Positions 1 to 10,358 of a stretch of 64,000 bases of DNA are shown here, one piece after another (position 1 is the first letter of the stretch; each line of letters starts with the position of its first letter). The translations under genes and the position numbers were made by a program. Where the stretch lies: NCBI GenBank assembly GCA_965262615.1, contig OZ253545.1:1184001-1248000 (forward strand), in the 5' to 3' direction. A model generated the notes under the pieces. It made no database searches, was not told where the DNA came from, and was given only the letters and a program-made list of their open reading frames with translations. Source of the stretch: Alphaproteobacteria bacterium (GTDB lineage Bacteria > Pseudomonadota > Alphaproteobacteria > GM7ARS4 > G965262615).

Positions 1-1209
1 CGGGTTGTCATCGGTAATGGTGATGACATCGCTGTACTGCTCTGCCACCTGCCCCATGAGGGCGCGCTTGCCTTGGTCACGATTGCCGCCACAGCCAAAC
101 ACAACATGCAAACGCCTCCTGCCAAAACGCAACTGCATCAATGCCTGACGCAAGGCATCAGGCGTGTGAGCATAATCAACATAGATGGAACTGTCGTCCA
201 CTGCCTGCAGACGGCCGCGCACCGAGCGCACATGAGACAACACCGACACCAATTGGGAAAATTCAAAGCCACACGCCAGCAAAAGTCCCATGGCGGCACA
301 AATATTGTGCCACTGAAAAGTGCCGTAAATAGGAAGACTCTGGCGATGACGATTGCCTTCATAACACACTGTGGCGGCAATGCCTTGTGCGTCTTGCTCA
401 ATGTCCTCAAGACGCAGATGAGCGCGAGGTGACACGCCATACACAATGACGCGCCTCTTCTCTTGAGCCCACGCCGAGCCGTGTTCATCATCACCATTGA
501 TGACGGCAATGGCATCGTGAGGCAGAATGTCGGAGAAAAGACGCTTCTTGGCAGCCACATAGTCGGCAAACGATGGGTGATAATCCAAATGGTCGCGCGT
601 GATGTTGGTCAATGCGGCAGCCTTGATGGCAATGCCATCCAGCCGATACTGAGCCAACCCATGACTGGAGGCTTCCAGTGCCACATAATCAATCTTTTTC
701 TGATGCAGCTGCTGCAACCGCTGAGCCAGAGTGATGGCATCGGGCGTGGTGAGATTTGATTGAATATCACAAGGCAGAGTCCCCAGCGTGCCAATGGAAG
801 CGGCGGCTTTTTTCAACAAAGTGAGCAACTGCCGCACATATTCCACCACGGATGTTTTACCATTGGTTCCCGTCACCGCCATGATCCTGGAGGGATGCGG
901 CGCATAAAAATGAGATGCGACACGCGCCGCCACAAGACGCGTGTTGTCATGGTGTAACATCGGCACGGATGTCACCGATGAGGAATTCTGCGTCACCACA
1001 GCACTTGCGCCGTGAGCAATGGCATCATCAATAAACTGCGCGCCATCATGATGCGTTCCTTTGATGGCAACGAACAGGTCTCCTCGCACCATGCGTCTGT
1101 GGTCTTGAGCAATGCCATGCACCATGACACCCTGCACGGACGCACTGGCGGAATGATGAGTCATGGCGGGCAGGCATTGCATGATGTCAGAAAGCCTCAT
1201 GGTGGGCAT
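1..1209 (-). CDS. murE: UDP-N-acetylmuramoyl-tripeptide synthetase MurE (3' part runs off the window)
   Basis: Read manually (absent from the ORF track because no stop lies in the window). ATG at 1209 after GGGAGAAG; motifs AVTGTNGKTS, LEASSHGL and TNITRDHLDYH; directly follows ftsI. Confidence 0.9.
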   Translation of the reverse strand, partial: MPTMRLSDIMQCLPAMTHHSASASVQGVMVHGIAQDHRRMVRGDLFVAIKGTHHDGAQFIDDAIAHGASAVVTQNSSSVTSVPMLHHDNTRLVAARVASHFYAPHPSRIMAVTGTNGKTSVVEYVRQLLTLLKKAAASIGTLGTLPCDIQSNLTTPDAITLAQRLQQLHQKKIDYVALEASSHGLAQYRLDGIAIKAAALTNITRDHLDYHPSFADYVAAKKRLFSDILPHDAIAVINGDDEHGSAWAQEKRRVIVYGVSPRAHLRLEDIEQDAQGIAATVCYEGNRHRQSLPIYGTFQWHNICAAMGLLLACGFEFSQLVSVLSHVRSVRGRLQAVDDSSIYVDYAHTPDALRQALMQLRFGRRRLHVVFGCGGNRDQGKRALMGQVAEQYSDVITITDDNP

Positions 1210-2644
1210 GGTGCTTCTCCCTGAGATGATGAATGCGGCGCACCATGCGGGTGGCGATGGGAACGGCGACAGTGCCGCCACTCACTTCTTGTCGTTGCGA
1301 GCTGGGTTGCGGCTCATCCAATAGCACCATCAACACATAGCGGGGTGCATCAATGGGGAATGCGGCGACAAAAGATGTGAGAATTCGATTCTCGTCATAA
1401 CCGTTTGCAGTTGATTTGTGTGCCGTTCCTGTCTTGCCGCCGATGGCGATCTCATCAATGGCGGCGGCGCGCCCCGTGCCGTGCGTGACTGCCGTCCGCA
1501 TCAGGCGGCGCATTTGAGCCGACTGCTTTTGTGTGATGAGGCGAAAATGACTGTGATGCAAAGACTCATCGTGCAACAGTGTGGGAACATGGTAAAAACC
1601 ACCATTGACCATCGCCGCCACCGCCGCCGCCATATGAAGAGGGGTCACCGCCAAGCCGTAGCCATAGGCAATGGTTGCCACGCTCAATGGACTCCACCGA
1701 GACCCTGAAGGCTTGCGAGGCTTTGCCACGCCGTTCAATTCAATGGGCACTGGTGTCAGCATGGCAAAGCGATCCAATAGGGACTGCTGATGAGCCGCGC
1801 CCAATTGCAACGCCGCACGAGATGCCCCCGCATTAAGAGAATGAGCCACAATGGCGCGTAGTGAATGTCCGTGTGCATCGCCGGCAAACGGCACGAGCGA
1901 CGAAATCACACGCCCTCCGACTCGCAAATCGCCGATGCTAAAGCGACTGTTCTCATCACCGCCAGACTCCAGCACCATGGCAGCAACAAATAATTTAAAC
2001 ACCGACCCCATCTCATAAAGCCCGCGCGTGACCCGATTGAAATACGCTGCATGGGTCATCTCACCTCTGTTATGAGGGTCAAAATTCGGCAATGACACCA
2101 ACGCCCGCACATGCCCATTGTGTGCATCCAACACCACCGCCGCCGCCCCTTGAGCGTTCCAGTTAGCCATTCCTTTGCTCAGCTCCTCATGAACAATATA
2201 CTGCATGGCGCGATCCACCGTCAGACGCAGTGGCTCGTGAGGACTGCGCAACAACCGCCGATTGCGAGCATACTCAATGCCATCCAGACCCCGCATGGCT
2301 TGGTCGGTGCTGCCCACAACATGGGCAAAAAGCGATGATTGAGGATAGACACGGCGGCGCGTTCCGCCCTCATCAATCACATCCGCCGCCAGCAAGACAC
2401 CATGCCGATCCACAATGTTGGCGCGCTTCATAAAATGGACAGGCGGCGATGGCACAGACAATGATTTATTAGGCTCAGCCAGAGCCAGCCACGCCACATG
2501 ACTCAAAACACACCCATGCGCCAGCACCATCAATGCGCCGATGCCATACATGGACCGCCGCCGCGTGACAACCCCGCCCATGCGATGATTCATTCGCCAA
2601 TCAAGCAAAAAGTCATGCAACAAATGACGCAAACGGCGCATCAT
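1187..2644 (-). CDS. ftsI: Cell division transpeptidase PBP3 (short form)
   Basis: SxxK (SVFK), SxN (SLN) and KTGT motifs; N-terminal TM segment; dcw position. Confidence 0.9.
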   Translation of the reverse strand: MMRRLRHLLHDFLLDWRMNHRMGGVVTRRRSMYGIGALMVLAHGCVLSHVAWLALAEPNKSLSVPSPPVHFMKRANIVDRHGVLLAADVIDEGGTRRRVYPQSSLFAHVVGSTDQAMRGLDGIEYARNRRLLRSPHEPLRLTVDRAMQYIVHEELSKGMANWNAQGAAAVVLDAHNGHVRALVSLPNFDPHNRGEMTHAAYFNRVTRGLYEMGSVFKLFVAAMVLESGGDENSRFSIGDLRVGGRVISSLVPFAGDAHGHSLRAIVAHSLNAGASRAALQLGAAHQQSLLDRFAMLTPVPIELNGVAKPRKPSGSRWSPLSVATIAYGYGLAVTPLHMAAAVAAMVNGGFYHVPTLLHDESLHHSHFRLITQKQSAQMRRLMRTAVTHGTGRAAAIDEIAIGGKTGTAHKSTANGYDENRILTSFVAAFPIDAPRYVLMVLLDEPQPSSQRQEVSGGTVAVPIATRMVRRIHHLREKHHAHHEAF

Positions 2645-2865
2645 GGCATCACCTCATGATTGTGCCACTGCTTCAATCGGGAGGGACTATTCAGACGACT
2701 CCACTCCACTCGCAATGATTGCAATTGTTTTTGCTCATCATGAATCTGTTGCCGCAGCTGACCCACTTGCCCCTGCAACAAGAGAACCGATCGCTCGGTG
2801 ACCGCCGCAAAAAGACTGCCGCCCAGCATGATTGTGCTCACCACAATTGCAACAATCACATTCAT
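2641..2865 (-). CDS. ftsL: Cell division protein FtsL
   Basis: TM helix, coiled coil and LRVEWSRLNSPSRL; lies between rsmH and ftsI. Confidence 0.8.
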   Translation of the reverse strand: MNVIVAIVVSTIMLGGSLFAAVTERSVLLLQGQVGQLRQQIHDEQKQLQSLRVEWSRLNSPSRLKQWHNHEVMP

Positions 2866-3791
2866 AGCGGTTTTCCCAATCGTTCCGCCACTCGCAGGCG
2901 CGCTGAGCGCGCCCGAACATTGTTTTCGATTTCATCCGCACTGGGTGTCACCACATGACGGCTCACCATGCGATACAGTGGCGGTTTGTTTTTGGAACGA
3001 GGCTCACCGGGAAGCAGGCGTGAGAGCGTTCCTTGTCGGCGGGAGTATTTTTTGAAAAAATTCTTTGCCACCACATCCTCAGTGCCATGAAAGCCGATAT
3101 AGGCAACGCGCCCCCCCACTTTGAGCAGGTGAGTGACATCATGCAGCAAATCTTTGAGCTGTCGCACCTCATCATTGACATAGAGCCGCAACGCCAAAAA
3201 TGTGCGGGTGGCGGGATGATGCCCCACCCGTTTAGAACCACACAATTGTGCCAGTTGCAGTGTTGTCTCAATGGGGGCGGTGGCTCGTTTTTCCACAATG
3301 GCACGAGCGATTGCCTTGGCGCGCCGTTCGTGTCCGTAGTCACGCAGAATATCAGTGAGTTCCTGTTGAGAGGCATGATTCACAACATCATAAGCGGACG
3401 ATTCATTTTTTCCCATTTGCATGGAAAGAGGTCCATCTTGTTGAAAAGAAAATCCGCGCTGTGCCTCATCCAGTTGCATGGATGACACACCGCTATCGAT
3501 CACAATGCCATTGATTTTTGTGATGGTGTGCTCTTTCAGGGTGGCGGCAATATCGCTCCACAGTGCGTGATGCACATGCAACCGTTCCCCCCACTGTTTC
3601 TGCATCTCAGTGGCGATGGCGATGGCGGATTCGTCTCGGTCAAAGGCATGAACGGTGCAATGGGCAGCGTGCAAGATGGCAGAGGTGTGACCTCCCGCGC
3701 CGAAGGTGGCATCCACATAGACACCCCCCTCTTGAGGACGCAAGCCCTCAATCACCTCGCGCGTCATAACGGCTTGATGAAGATGTGTCAT
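2862..3791 (-). CDS. rsmH: 16S rRNA m4C1402 methyltransferase
   Basis: DATFGAGGH, GVSSMQLD, HPATRTFLALR and NVRARSARLR motifs. Confidence 0.97.
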   Translation of the reverse strand: MTHLHQAVMTREVIEGLRPQEGGVYVDATFGAGGHTSAILHAAHCTVHAFDRDESAIAIATEMQKQWGERLHVHHALWSDIAATLKEHTITKINGIVIDSGVSSMQLDEAQRGFSFQQDGPLSMQMGKNESSAYDVVNHASQQELTDILRDYGHERRAKAIARAIVEKRATAPIETTLQLAQLCGSKRVGHHPATRTFLALRLYVNDEVRQLKDLLHDVTHLLKVGGRVAYIGFHGTEDVVAKNFFKKYSRRQGTLSRLLPGEPRSKNKPPLYRMVSRHVVTPSADEIENNVRARSARLRVAERLGKPL

Positions 3792-4279
3792 GAGACTTGC
3801 TCCTTCACATTGGAACGCCGCAACCGCCGTTCAAAGTCTTCAAAGTTTTCATCGGAGACTTTTTGTTTTTGCATCCATGTCTCGTGATGACTGGCATTCC
3901 ATATTTCAAAGGTTTTCCCCTTGCCAATGATCAATGCTTCGTCTTGCAGCTGCGCCGCTTTACGCAAGGATGCCGGCAGGGTGATGCGTCCGTTGCCGTC
4001 CAAAGAGAGAACGGTAAATAAACTGAGAAAATTATTAAAGGCAATTTCGTCTTCTGTTGTGCTGTGAGGGCTATGATAGGCAGTTTCGGCGAGCTCGTCC
4101 AGCACCAATTGAGGATAAACAGCAATATAAGGGCAGTCACTTTCCTTATTGCTGAGAAGCAATTGCACATCAATGTCGTTGTCACCGTCACTGTTTAGAA
4201 TTTTGCGGTAGCGAGACGGAATTGATAAGCGATTTTTGCCATCAATACTGTTGATCACCTGTCCGACAAAAACAGACAT
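3788..4279 (-). CDS. mraZ: Transcriptional regulator MraZ
   Basis: Two DxxxR repeats (IDGKNRLSIP, LDGNGRITLP) and FEIW; first gene of the dcw cluster. Confidence 0.92.
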   Translation of the reverse strand: MSVFVGQVINSIDGKNRLSIPSRYRKILNSDGDNDIDVQLLLSNKESDCPYIAVYPQLVLDELAETAYHSPHSTTEDEIAFNNFLSLFTVLSLDGNGRITLPASLRKAAQLQDEALIIGKGKTFEIWNASHHETWMQKQKVSDENFEDFERRLRRSNVKEQVS

Positions 4280-4281
4280 TC

Positions 4282-4340
4282 TATGGATTTATCCCCTTTT
4301 TATGGGATTGTCAACCACTTTATGGGAATAAACACCACCC
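4282..4340 (-). promoter_or_regulatory. mraZ promoter with probable MraZ-binding repeats
   Basis: TTGACA on the minus strand (4309-4314), flanked by TTTATGGGA repeats at 4299 and 4319 (20-bp period). MraZ is known to bind TGGGN repeats in its own promoter. Confidence 0.5.
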
Positions 4341-4361
4341 TCTTGAACGCCCTTATGCCAC

Positions 4362-4386
4362 AAAACCTCGCCCGCAGGCGAGGTTT
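4362..4386 (-). terminator. Probable rho-independent terminator after rsfS
   Basis: Perfect 10-bp stem AAACCTCGCC-CGCA-GGCGAGGTTT ending in a short T run on the minus strand. Confidence 0.6.
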
Positions 4387-4415
4387 CAGACGATATGACG
4401 ATGTAATCGTTGTCT

Positions 4416-4757
4416 TTATTCCACTTCCTGCAATGGCGCGCTCCATAATTTATCCAGTTTGTAGAAGTCTCTCACCTCAGGGCGAAACAAATGAATGATG
4501 GTATCGCCGCCATCAATCAACACCCAGTCCCCTTGCGGCAAGCCCTCAGTGGCGACAATCAATTGATGCTGCTTCTTGAAAAAATGACTCACCTTATCCG
4601 CCATAGAGGCAATGTGACGCACCGATGATCCCGAAGCAATAATCATGGTATCGGCAAGAGAAGATCGCGCGCCCAAAGGAATGGTGACGATATCCTGAGC
4701 CTTGGCATCATTCAGTAAGGCGCACAATTGCCGACACAAATTCTCGTGCTGATTCAT
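4416..4757 (-). CDS. rsfS: Ribosome silencing factor
   Basis: KAQDIV, IASGSSVRH, WVLIDGGD and RDFYKLDKLW motifs; start chosen at the ATGA overlap with the nadD stop. Confidence 0.95.
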   Translation of the reverse strand: MNQHENLCRQLCALLNDAKAQDIVTIPLGARSSLADTMIIASGSSVRHIASMADKVSHFFKKQHQLIVATEGLPQGDWVLIDGGDTIIHLFRPEVRDFYKLDKLWSAPLQEVE

Positions 4758-5365
4758 GAACGCTCCCGCAACAGACGCGATGCCTGCGGCATTTTTTTTG
4801 TGGAAAAAAACACCCATGCGGGCGGATTCATCACAGCCAGTTTATGACTCACACGAGGCGAACGGCGGGCGTATGCCACGCGTTTTGCCACCATGCCTCC
4901 AAGGGCGCGATAATCATCAGCTCCACGGGCAAACACCGCCAGAGACACCCGTTTCACAAACAGCGACCACCGATGCCATAAAGGCAAGGACACCAAACAA
5001 TCCGCGCCCATCACCCACACAAAACGCAGAACGCAGCCGCCGCGCCGATACCGATGTTGCAAAAAACAAATGGTTTCATAACTGGAACGAAGATTGTAAC
5101 GATATTCTAAATCACTGACCACAATTTTTTTATGATTTTTTGTCATGCGCCGAGCATGAGACACTCTCTGCTGCAATGTCATGTGAGGGTCATTTTTGAG
5201 GGGGTTTTGAGTCGCCACCAGCCACCAGAGTTCATCCAACCGCAACAGCCGTATGGCTTGCAGGCTGATAAAAAGATGTCCCTCGTGCGGAGGATCAAAC
5301 GAGCCTCCCAGCAATCCAACACGGCGATAGCGGCGCGTGTGCCCCTCACGGGCGGCATTGTCCAT
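4754..5365 (-). CDS. nadD: Nicotinate-nucleotide adenylyltransferase
   Basis: GGSFDPPHEGH, NPLK and WVMGAD motifs. Confidence 0.93.
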   Translation of the reverse strand: MDNAAREGHTRRYRRVGLLGGSFDPPHEGHLFISLQAIRLLRLDELWWLVATQNPLKNDPHMTLQQRVSHARRMTKNHKKIVVSDLEYRYNLRSSYETICFLQHRYRRGGCVLRFVWVMGADCLVSLPLWHRWSLFVKRVSLAVFARGADDYRALGGMVAKRVAYARRSPRVSHKLAVMNPPAWVFFSTKKMPQASRLLRERS

Positions 5366-6617
5366 CGCCCACCACCTGATACTTGTAACTGGTCAATTCT
5401 CGCAACCCCACAGGACCTCGGGCATGCAAGCGTCCTGTGGCAATGCCAATCTCCGCTCCCATGCCAAACTCACCGCCATCGGCAAACTGCGTGGAGGCAT
5501 TGTGCATCACAATGGCGGCATCCACCTCTTGCAAAAAACGAGCGGCGGCGGATTCATTCTCAGTGATAATCGCCTCAGTGTGCAGCGAGCCGTGACGAGC
5601 AATGTGAGCCAGTGCCTCATCAATTCCCGCCACGCATTTGATGGAGACGATGTCATCCAAATACTCGGTGTTCCAATCATCATCGCTCGCCTTTTGCACT
5701 CGCCCATCCAATGCACACACCGCATCATCCCCTCGCACAACGCATTGTTTGTCCAGCAGTGCCGTCACCAGATTGTGCCCCAGCGATGAGACGATGGATT
5801 CGTCCAGCAAAATGGTCTCGGTCGCCCCACAAATGCCCGAGCGGCGCATCTTGGCATTGACACACACCGCCACCGCCTTGTCCCCATCGGCATCCTCATG
5901 AACATAACTGTGACACAGTCCCATGAGATGATACAACACGGGAATGCGACTCTCTTGCGCCACTCGCGCCACCAAACTTTGACCGCCCCGCGGCACAAGA
6001 ACATCAATATATTGACTCATGGACAGCAAAATTCCCACCGCCTCACGAGACGCTGTGGGCACCATCTGAATGGCGGCAGGCGGCAATTGGTGTGCCGCCA
6101 ATGCCTCCATGAGAATGTCGGTAATCAGACGAGAGGTGGCAAAAGATTCAGACCCCGGACGCAAGATCACCGCATTGCCCGCCTTCAAACACAATGCGCC
6201 GGCATCCGCCGTCACATTGGGACGAGACTCAAAAATCACCCCCACAACCCCCAGAGGAACACGAACACGCCGAATGTGCAAACCATTGGGACGCGTGCTC
6301 TCACCCATCACCTCGCCCACAGGGTCATCCAACCGAGCGATGGCTTCCATCCCCGATGCCATGCCCTCAATGCCCTTGGCATCAAGAGTCAAGCGATTGA
6401 TAAAGGCAGCATTGTAATCTTTGCCCTCGCTGTTCTTGAGGTCGGTGGCATTGGCGGCAAGAATATCATCCTGACGATGACGCACCAATTGTGCCATGCT
6501 CATCAGTGCTCTGTTTTTTGTCTCCGTAGAGGCACTCGCCAAGATGCGCGCAGCATCACGGGCATCTTCGCCCATGTGAAGCATTTGTTTGTGCAAATCG
6601 GTGAGAGGCTTTGTCAT
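5346..6617 (-). CDS. proA: Gamma-glutamyl phosphate reductase
   Basis: FESRPNVT, ICGATET, NASTQFADGGEFGMGAEIGI and HARGPVG motifs. Confidence 0.97.
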   Translation of the reverse strand: MTKPLTDLHKQMLHMGEDARDAARILASASTETKNRALMSMAQLVRHRQDDILAANATDLKNSEGKDYNAAFINRLTLDAKGIEGMASGMEAIARLDDPVGEVMGESTRPNGLHIRRVRVPLGVVGVIFESRPNVTADAGALCLKAGNAVILRPGSESFATSRLITDILMEALAAHQLPPAAIQMVPTASREAVGILLSMSQYIDVLVPRGGQSLVARVAQESRIPVLYHLMGLCHSYVHEDADGDKAVAVCVNAKMRRSGICGATETILLDESIVSSLGHNLVTALLDKQCVVRGDDAVCALDGRVQKASDDDWNTEYLDDIVSIKCVAGIDEALAHIARHGSLHTEAIITENESAAARFLQEVDAAIVMHNASTQFADGGEFGMGAEIGIATGRLHARGPVGLRELTSYKYQVVGDGQCRP

Positions 6618-7732
6618 GACGATACCAACCACAAATCATCGCGATCTATGATATCGGTGTCATCATAGGGAAAAACCTCGCTCGTGTCATCTTTTTTCTT
6701 CTGCCACTGGGCATCATCCCACGCGACAATTCCCTTGCCAATGACACTGTCTTCACTGATTAAAGAGACGACATCGCCTCGTGAAAATGCTCCTTGCACA
6801 TCATGAATATACTGTGCCTGTAGTGATTCTCCCTTCTGCAAAGCCGACAAACAAGATTTATCAAGAACTAATTGAGCTTTGACGGGTGTCTGTTTTTTGA
6901 GCCACAATTGCCGCGCCTCACGAGGTGAGTGTTGCGCTAAGAAAGATGTGCATCGCCCCCTCCCTTGTTGCAGACGATTCATGACATCGTCATGGCGACC
7001 ATCGGCAATAATCATGTGACATCCCGCCGCCATGGCAACGCTGGCGGCTTGCAGTTTGGTCACCATGCCGCCCGAGCCAAAAGCCGCCGCCGTTCCCGCC
7101 ATTTGTTTGATATCCTCACCGATGGCATGACGCACCACCTCAATATGACGCGCACTTGAATTATGACGAGGGTCTTGCTCATAGAGTCCATCCACATCGG
7201 ACAGCAGCAACAAGCCATCCGCCATCGCCACCTTTGCCACCAGTGCCGCCAAGCGATCATTGTCACCAAAAATAATCTCATCGGCGGCAATGGAGTCATT
7301 TTCGTTGATGATGGGAATCGCCCCCGCCTGCCACAAATGACGCATGGTGGCGCGCGCCCCCAGCGGCAGGCGTTCCATGTCGTCCCATGTGAGCAAAATC
7401 TGAGCACTGGTGATGTCATGGGCCTCCAGTGCCTCGCGCCACAGACGCATGAGGCGAATCTGTCCGACAGCGGCGGCGGCTTGTTGTTGCGCCACGCTCA
7501 TCTGTGAACGCATCACCCCATACAGCACCGACCCCAAAGCCACCGCACCGGACGACACAATGGCAATCTCATAGCCCTGTGTTCGCAAGCGCGCCACATC
7601 CGCCACCAGTGATGAAATAAAAGAAAGGCGCGGCGCACCGTCATCATCACACACCAAAGACGACCCCACCTTAATGACAAGGCGGCGCATATCAGCCAAA
7701 AGCCGTTGAGGATGAAGTTTTTTATCCATCAA
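6614..7732 (-). CDS. proB: Glutamate 5-kinase
   Basis: VIKVGSS, SSGAV, NENDS, FGDNDRLAA and GGMVTKL motifs; C-terminal PUA-like domain. Confidence 0.96.
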   Translation of the reverse strand: MMDKKLHPQRLLADMRRLVIKVGSSLVCDDDGAPRLSFISSLVADVARLRTQGYEIAIVSSGAVALGSVLYGVMRSQMSVAQQQAAAAVGQIRLMRLWREALEAHDITSAQILLTWDDMERLPLGARATMRHLWQAGAIPIINENDSIAADEIIFGDNDRLAALVAKVAMADGLLLLSDVDGLYEQDPRHNSSARHIEVVRHAIGEDIKQMAGTAAAFGSGGMVTKLQAASVAMAAGCHMIIADGRHDDVMNRLQQGRGRCTSFLAQHSPREARQLWLKKQTPVKAQLVLDKSCLSALQKGESLQAQYIHDVQGAFSRGDVVSLISEDSVIGKGIVAWDDAQWQKKKDDTSEVFPYDDTDIIDRDDLWLVSS

Positions 7733-8762
7733 GAGGATGCCACTCAGTCACAGTGCTGGTCTCTTCTTGGCTCTGATGCAATCGCGCCACATGATTCAAC
7801 AAGCCATCCCATTCACCAGTGACGCATGAAATGGCAAAAATGTGTCTGTGTCCGCTTTCTTTTTGCAAGGCATCACGCCAGCGAGAGATTTCAGACGAAG
7901 AACACACATCAATTTTATTCACCGCCACAACGAAAGGTTTGTCATGAAGAGGGGTGTGATAAGAAGCCAGTTCCTCGCGCAAAGTCCGAAACTGCGTGAG
8001 CGGGTCACCACTGTCGCCATCCAGCAGCCACAGCAAAACAGAACAGCGTTCAATGTGTCCCAAAAAACGCGAGCCAAGACCAATGCCCTGATGGGCATCC
8101 TCAACCAATCCCGGAATATCGGCAAACACGATGCGTCTGTCATCATTCTCATAGACCCCCAGCCCCACATGGACAGTGGTGAAGGGATAGTCACCCACAC
8201 TGGCATCGGCATTGGTGACGGCGCGCAAAAAGCTGGATTTTCCCGCATTGGGACATCCCACAATACCCACATCGGCAATGACCTTAAGGCGCAGACGAAT
8301 GGTGCGCTCCTCGCCCGCCTCACCCCTTTGCGCAAAGCGCGGCGTGCGCTTGACAGAACTTTTGAAATGGGTATTGCCATAACCGCCTCTGCCACCACGA
8401 CAAATGCGATATTGTTTGCCCTCCTGATTCAAATCGGCAAAAAGCAGCCGTCCATCCTCACTGACAATCTCGCATCCCAGTGGCACATCCACCACCAGTG
8501 GTTCGGCATGCTTGCCACTGCGATTTTTGCCGGCACCATCGCCGCCGCGCCGAGCTTTGAAGTGAGAGCGATAGCGAAAGTCAATCAAAGTGTTCAAAGC
8601 GGCATTGGCTTGCAAAATGACATCGCCGCCGCGTCCGCCATTGCCGCCATCGGGTCCCCCTTTGGGCAAGCATGACTCCCTGCGAAAACTCACCGACCCA
8701 TGCCCGCCACCGCCACTGGCAAGATGCACCACCACCTCATCCAAAAAACGCATGAGCATCAA
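7722..8762 (-). CDS. obgE: GTPase Obg/CgtA
   Basis: Gly-rich Obg domain (GGPDGGNGG); [17 protein letters not shown] and NKID motifs. Confidence 0.97.
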   Translation of the reverse strand: MMLMRFLDEVVVHLASGGGGHGSVSFRRESCLPKGGPDGGNGGRGGDVILQANAALNTLIDFRYRSHFKARRGGDGAGKNRSGKHAEPLVVDVPLGCEIVSEDGRLLFADLNQEGKQYRICRGGRGGYGNTHFKSSVKRTPRFAQRGEAGEERTIRLRLKVIADVGIVGCPNAGKSSFLRAVTNADASVGDYPFTTVHVGLGVYENDDRRIVFADIPGLVEDAHQGIGLGSRFLGHIERCSVLLWLLDGDSGDPLTQFRTLREELASYHTPLHDKPFVVAVNKIDVCSSSEISRWRDALQKESGHRHIFAISCVTGEWDGLLNHVARLHQSQEETSTVTEWHPLDG

Positions 8763-9016
8763 GTGGGAGGAATAATATGCACCGATAAGCGTTTGCCCCT
8801 GCCGCAGTGAAACCGCACCACGCCATCGGTCATGGCAAACAAACTGTGATCCTTTCCCATGCCCACATGGTCACCGGCGTGATATTTCGTGCCTCGCTGA
8901 CGCACAAGAATATTGCCCGCCCGCACATGCTCGCCGCCATACTTCTTGACACCCAGCCGTCTGCCGGCAGAATCTCTGCCGTTGCGTGAGCTTCCTCCTG
9001 ATTTCTTATGAGCCAT
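8759..9016 (-). CDS. rpmA: 50S ribosomal protein L27
   Basis: [16 protein letters not shown]...RQRGT. Confidence 0.99.
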   Translation of the reverse strand: MAHKKSGGSSRNGRDSAGRRLGVKKYGGEHVRAGNILVRQRGTKYHAGDHVGMGKDHSLFAMTDGVVRFHCGRGKRLSVHIIPPT

Positions 9017-9034
9017 AGCCGTCTCTCCCTTTGC

Positions 9035-9349
9035 TCATGCACCGAGAATGGCATCAATGCGCACCACCGTCTGATGCTGGCGATGACCATTCTTGCGGCG
9101 ATAGCCTTTGCGTCTTTTTTTCTTAAAGACCACAATTTTATCAGAGCGTCCCTGAGCAATAACAGTGGCGCGCACTTTGGCTTTGCCCGAAGGCTTTGCA
9201 GGCGTCAATTTTTTTGCATCGTCCGCCAGCAAACACACCGATTCAAACGCCACCGTCTCGCCAACGCCCTGTTCAAGACGCTCAACGGCAATCTCATCCT
9301 TGGCACGCACCTTGTATTGCTTGCCGCCTGTTTCAATAATCGCAAACAT
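9035..9349 (-). CDS. rplU: 50S ribosomal protein L21
   Basis: MFAIIETGGKQYKV...GHRQ. Confidence 0.98.
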   Translation of the reverse strand: MFAIIETGGKQYKVRAKDEIAVERLEQGVGETVAFESVCLLADDAKKLTPAKPSGKAKVRATVIAQGRSDKIVVFKKKRRKGYRRKNGHRQHQTVVRIDAILGA

Positions 9350-9381
9350 GGACGAGAGATTGCCCTGTTCTGAGCCATTGG

Positions 9382-10152
9382 TCAAGAGCTGCTCATCATG
9401 TCATTGAGTGAGCTCATGGAGCGCGGCTCGGTGCTGGAGGGCATGATTCCCGCCAAAAACGCCTCTCTTCCGGCAATGACGGCATTCTTCATGGCGCGCG
9501 CCATGCCAATGGGGTCTTTGGCTCGTGCCACCGCCGAATTCACCAGCACGCCGTCACAGCCCAATTCCATCGCCAGACACGCATCACTGGGCGCGCCAAT
9601 GCCGGCATCCACAATCACAGGACACGCCACCGCCGCGCGAATCAGACGAATGTTATGAGGATTACGCACACCAAGCCCCGTGCCAATGGGCGCAGCCAAC
9701 GGCATCACCGCCGCACACCCCAGCGACTCCAAATGACGACACAGCATGGGGTCATCGGAACAATAGGGCAAAACCACAAAACCCTCGCTCACCAATTGGC
9801 GCGCCGCCGTCAATAATCCTTCGGGGTCTGGCAAAAGAGACTCTTTATCACCAATCACTTCCAATTTAATCCAGTCAGTTTCCAGTGCCTCGCGCGCCAA
9901 TTGGGCGGTGAGAACCGCTTCTTGCGAAGTCTCACATCCTGCGGTGTTGGGCAAAATGACATAGTCTTGCCAAATCTTGTGCTGCTCATTGGCATCACCA
10001 TGAGGCAATCGCCGCATCGCCACCGTCACCATGCCCGCCTCGCCCGCTCGCAGAGCCTGCTGCATGGTCGCCATATCGGCAAATCCGGCACTGCCCATCA
10101 AAAGACGAGACGACAGTGTCAGTCCTCCCAGCTGCAACTCGTCCGCCATCAT
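9382..10152 (-). CDS. thiG: Thiazole synthase
   Basis: LPNTAGC, WIKLEVIGD, VMPLAAPIG and VDAGIG motifs. Confidence 0.97.
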   Translation of the reverse strand: MMADELQLGGLTLSSRLLMGSAGFADMATMQQALRAGEAGMVTVAMRRLPHGDANEQHKIWQDYVILPNTAGCETSQEAVLTAQLAREALETDWIKLEVIGDKESLLPDPEGLLTAARQLVSEGFVVLPYCSDDPMLCRHLESLGCAAVMPLAAPIGTGLGVRNPHNIRLIRAAVACPVIVDAGIGAPSDACLAMELGCDGVLVNSAVARAKDPIGMARAMKNAVIAGREAFLAGIMPSSTEPRSMSSLNDMMSSS

Positions 10153-10358
10153 CCGCCCACCACCGCGCGCACAATCTCAATGCGATCCCCATCCTGAACG
10201 CAATAATCCTGCCACGATGCGCGCCGCACCAACCGCTCATTGACCGCCACCGCCACCGAACCCCGCATCTCATAAGATGCCAAAACCTGAGGCAAAGAGC
10301 ATCCTTCCTCATAATCGTGAGGCTCGCCATTGATGGTCACCCGCACCATGTGTTTCAT
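10149..10358 (-). CDS. thiS: Sulfur carrier protein ThiS
   Basis: Ubiquitin-like 69 aa ending in GG; lies between thiO and thiG. Confidence 0.95.
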   Translation of the reverse strand: MKHMVRVTINGEPHDYEEGCSLPQVLASYEMRGSVAVAVNERLVRRASWQDYCVQDGDRIEIVRAVVGG

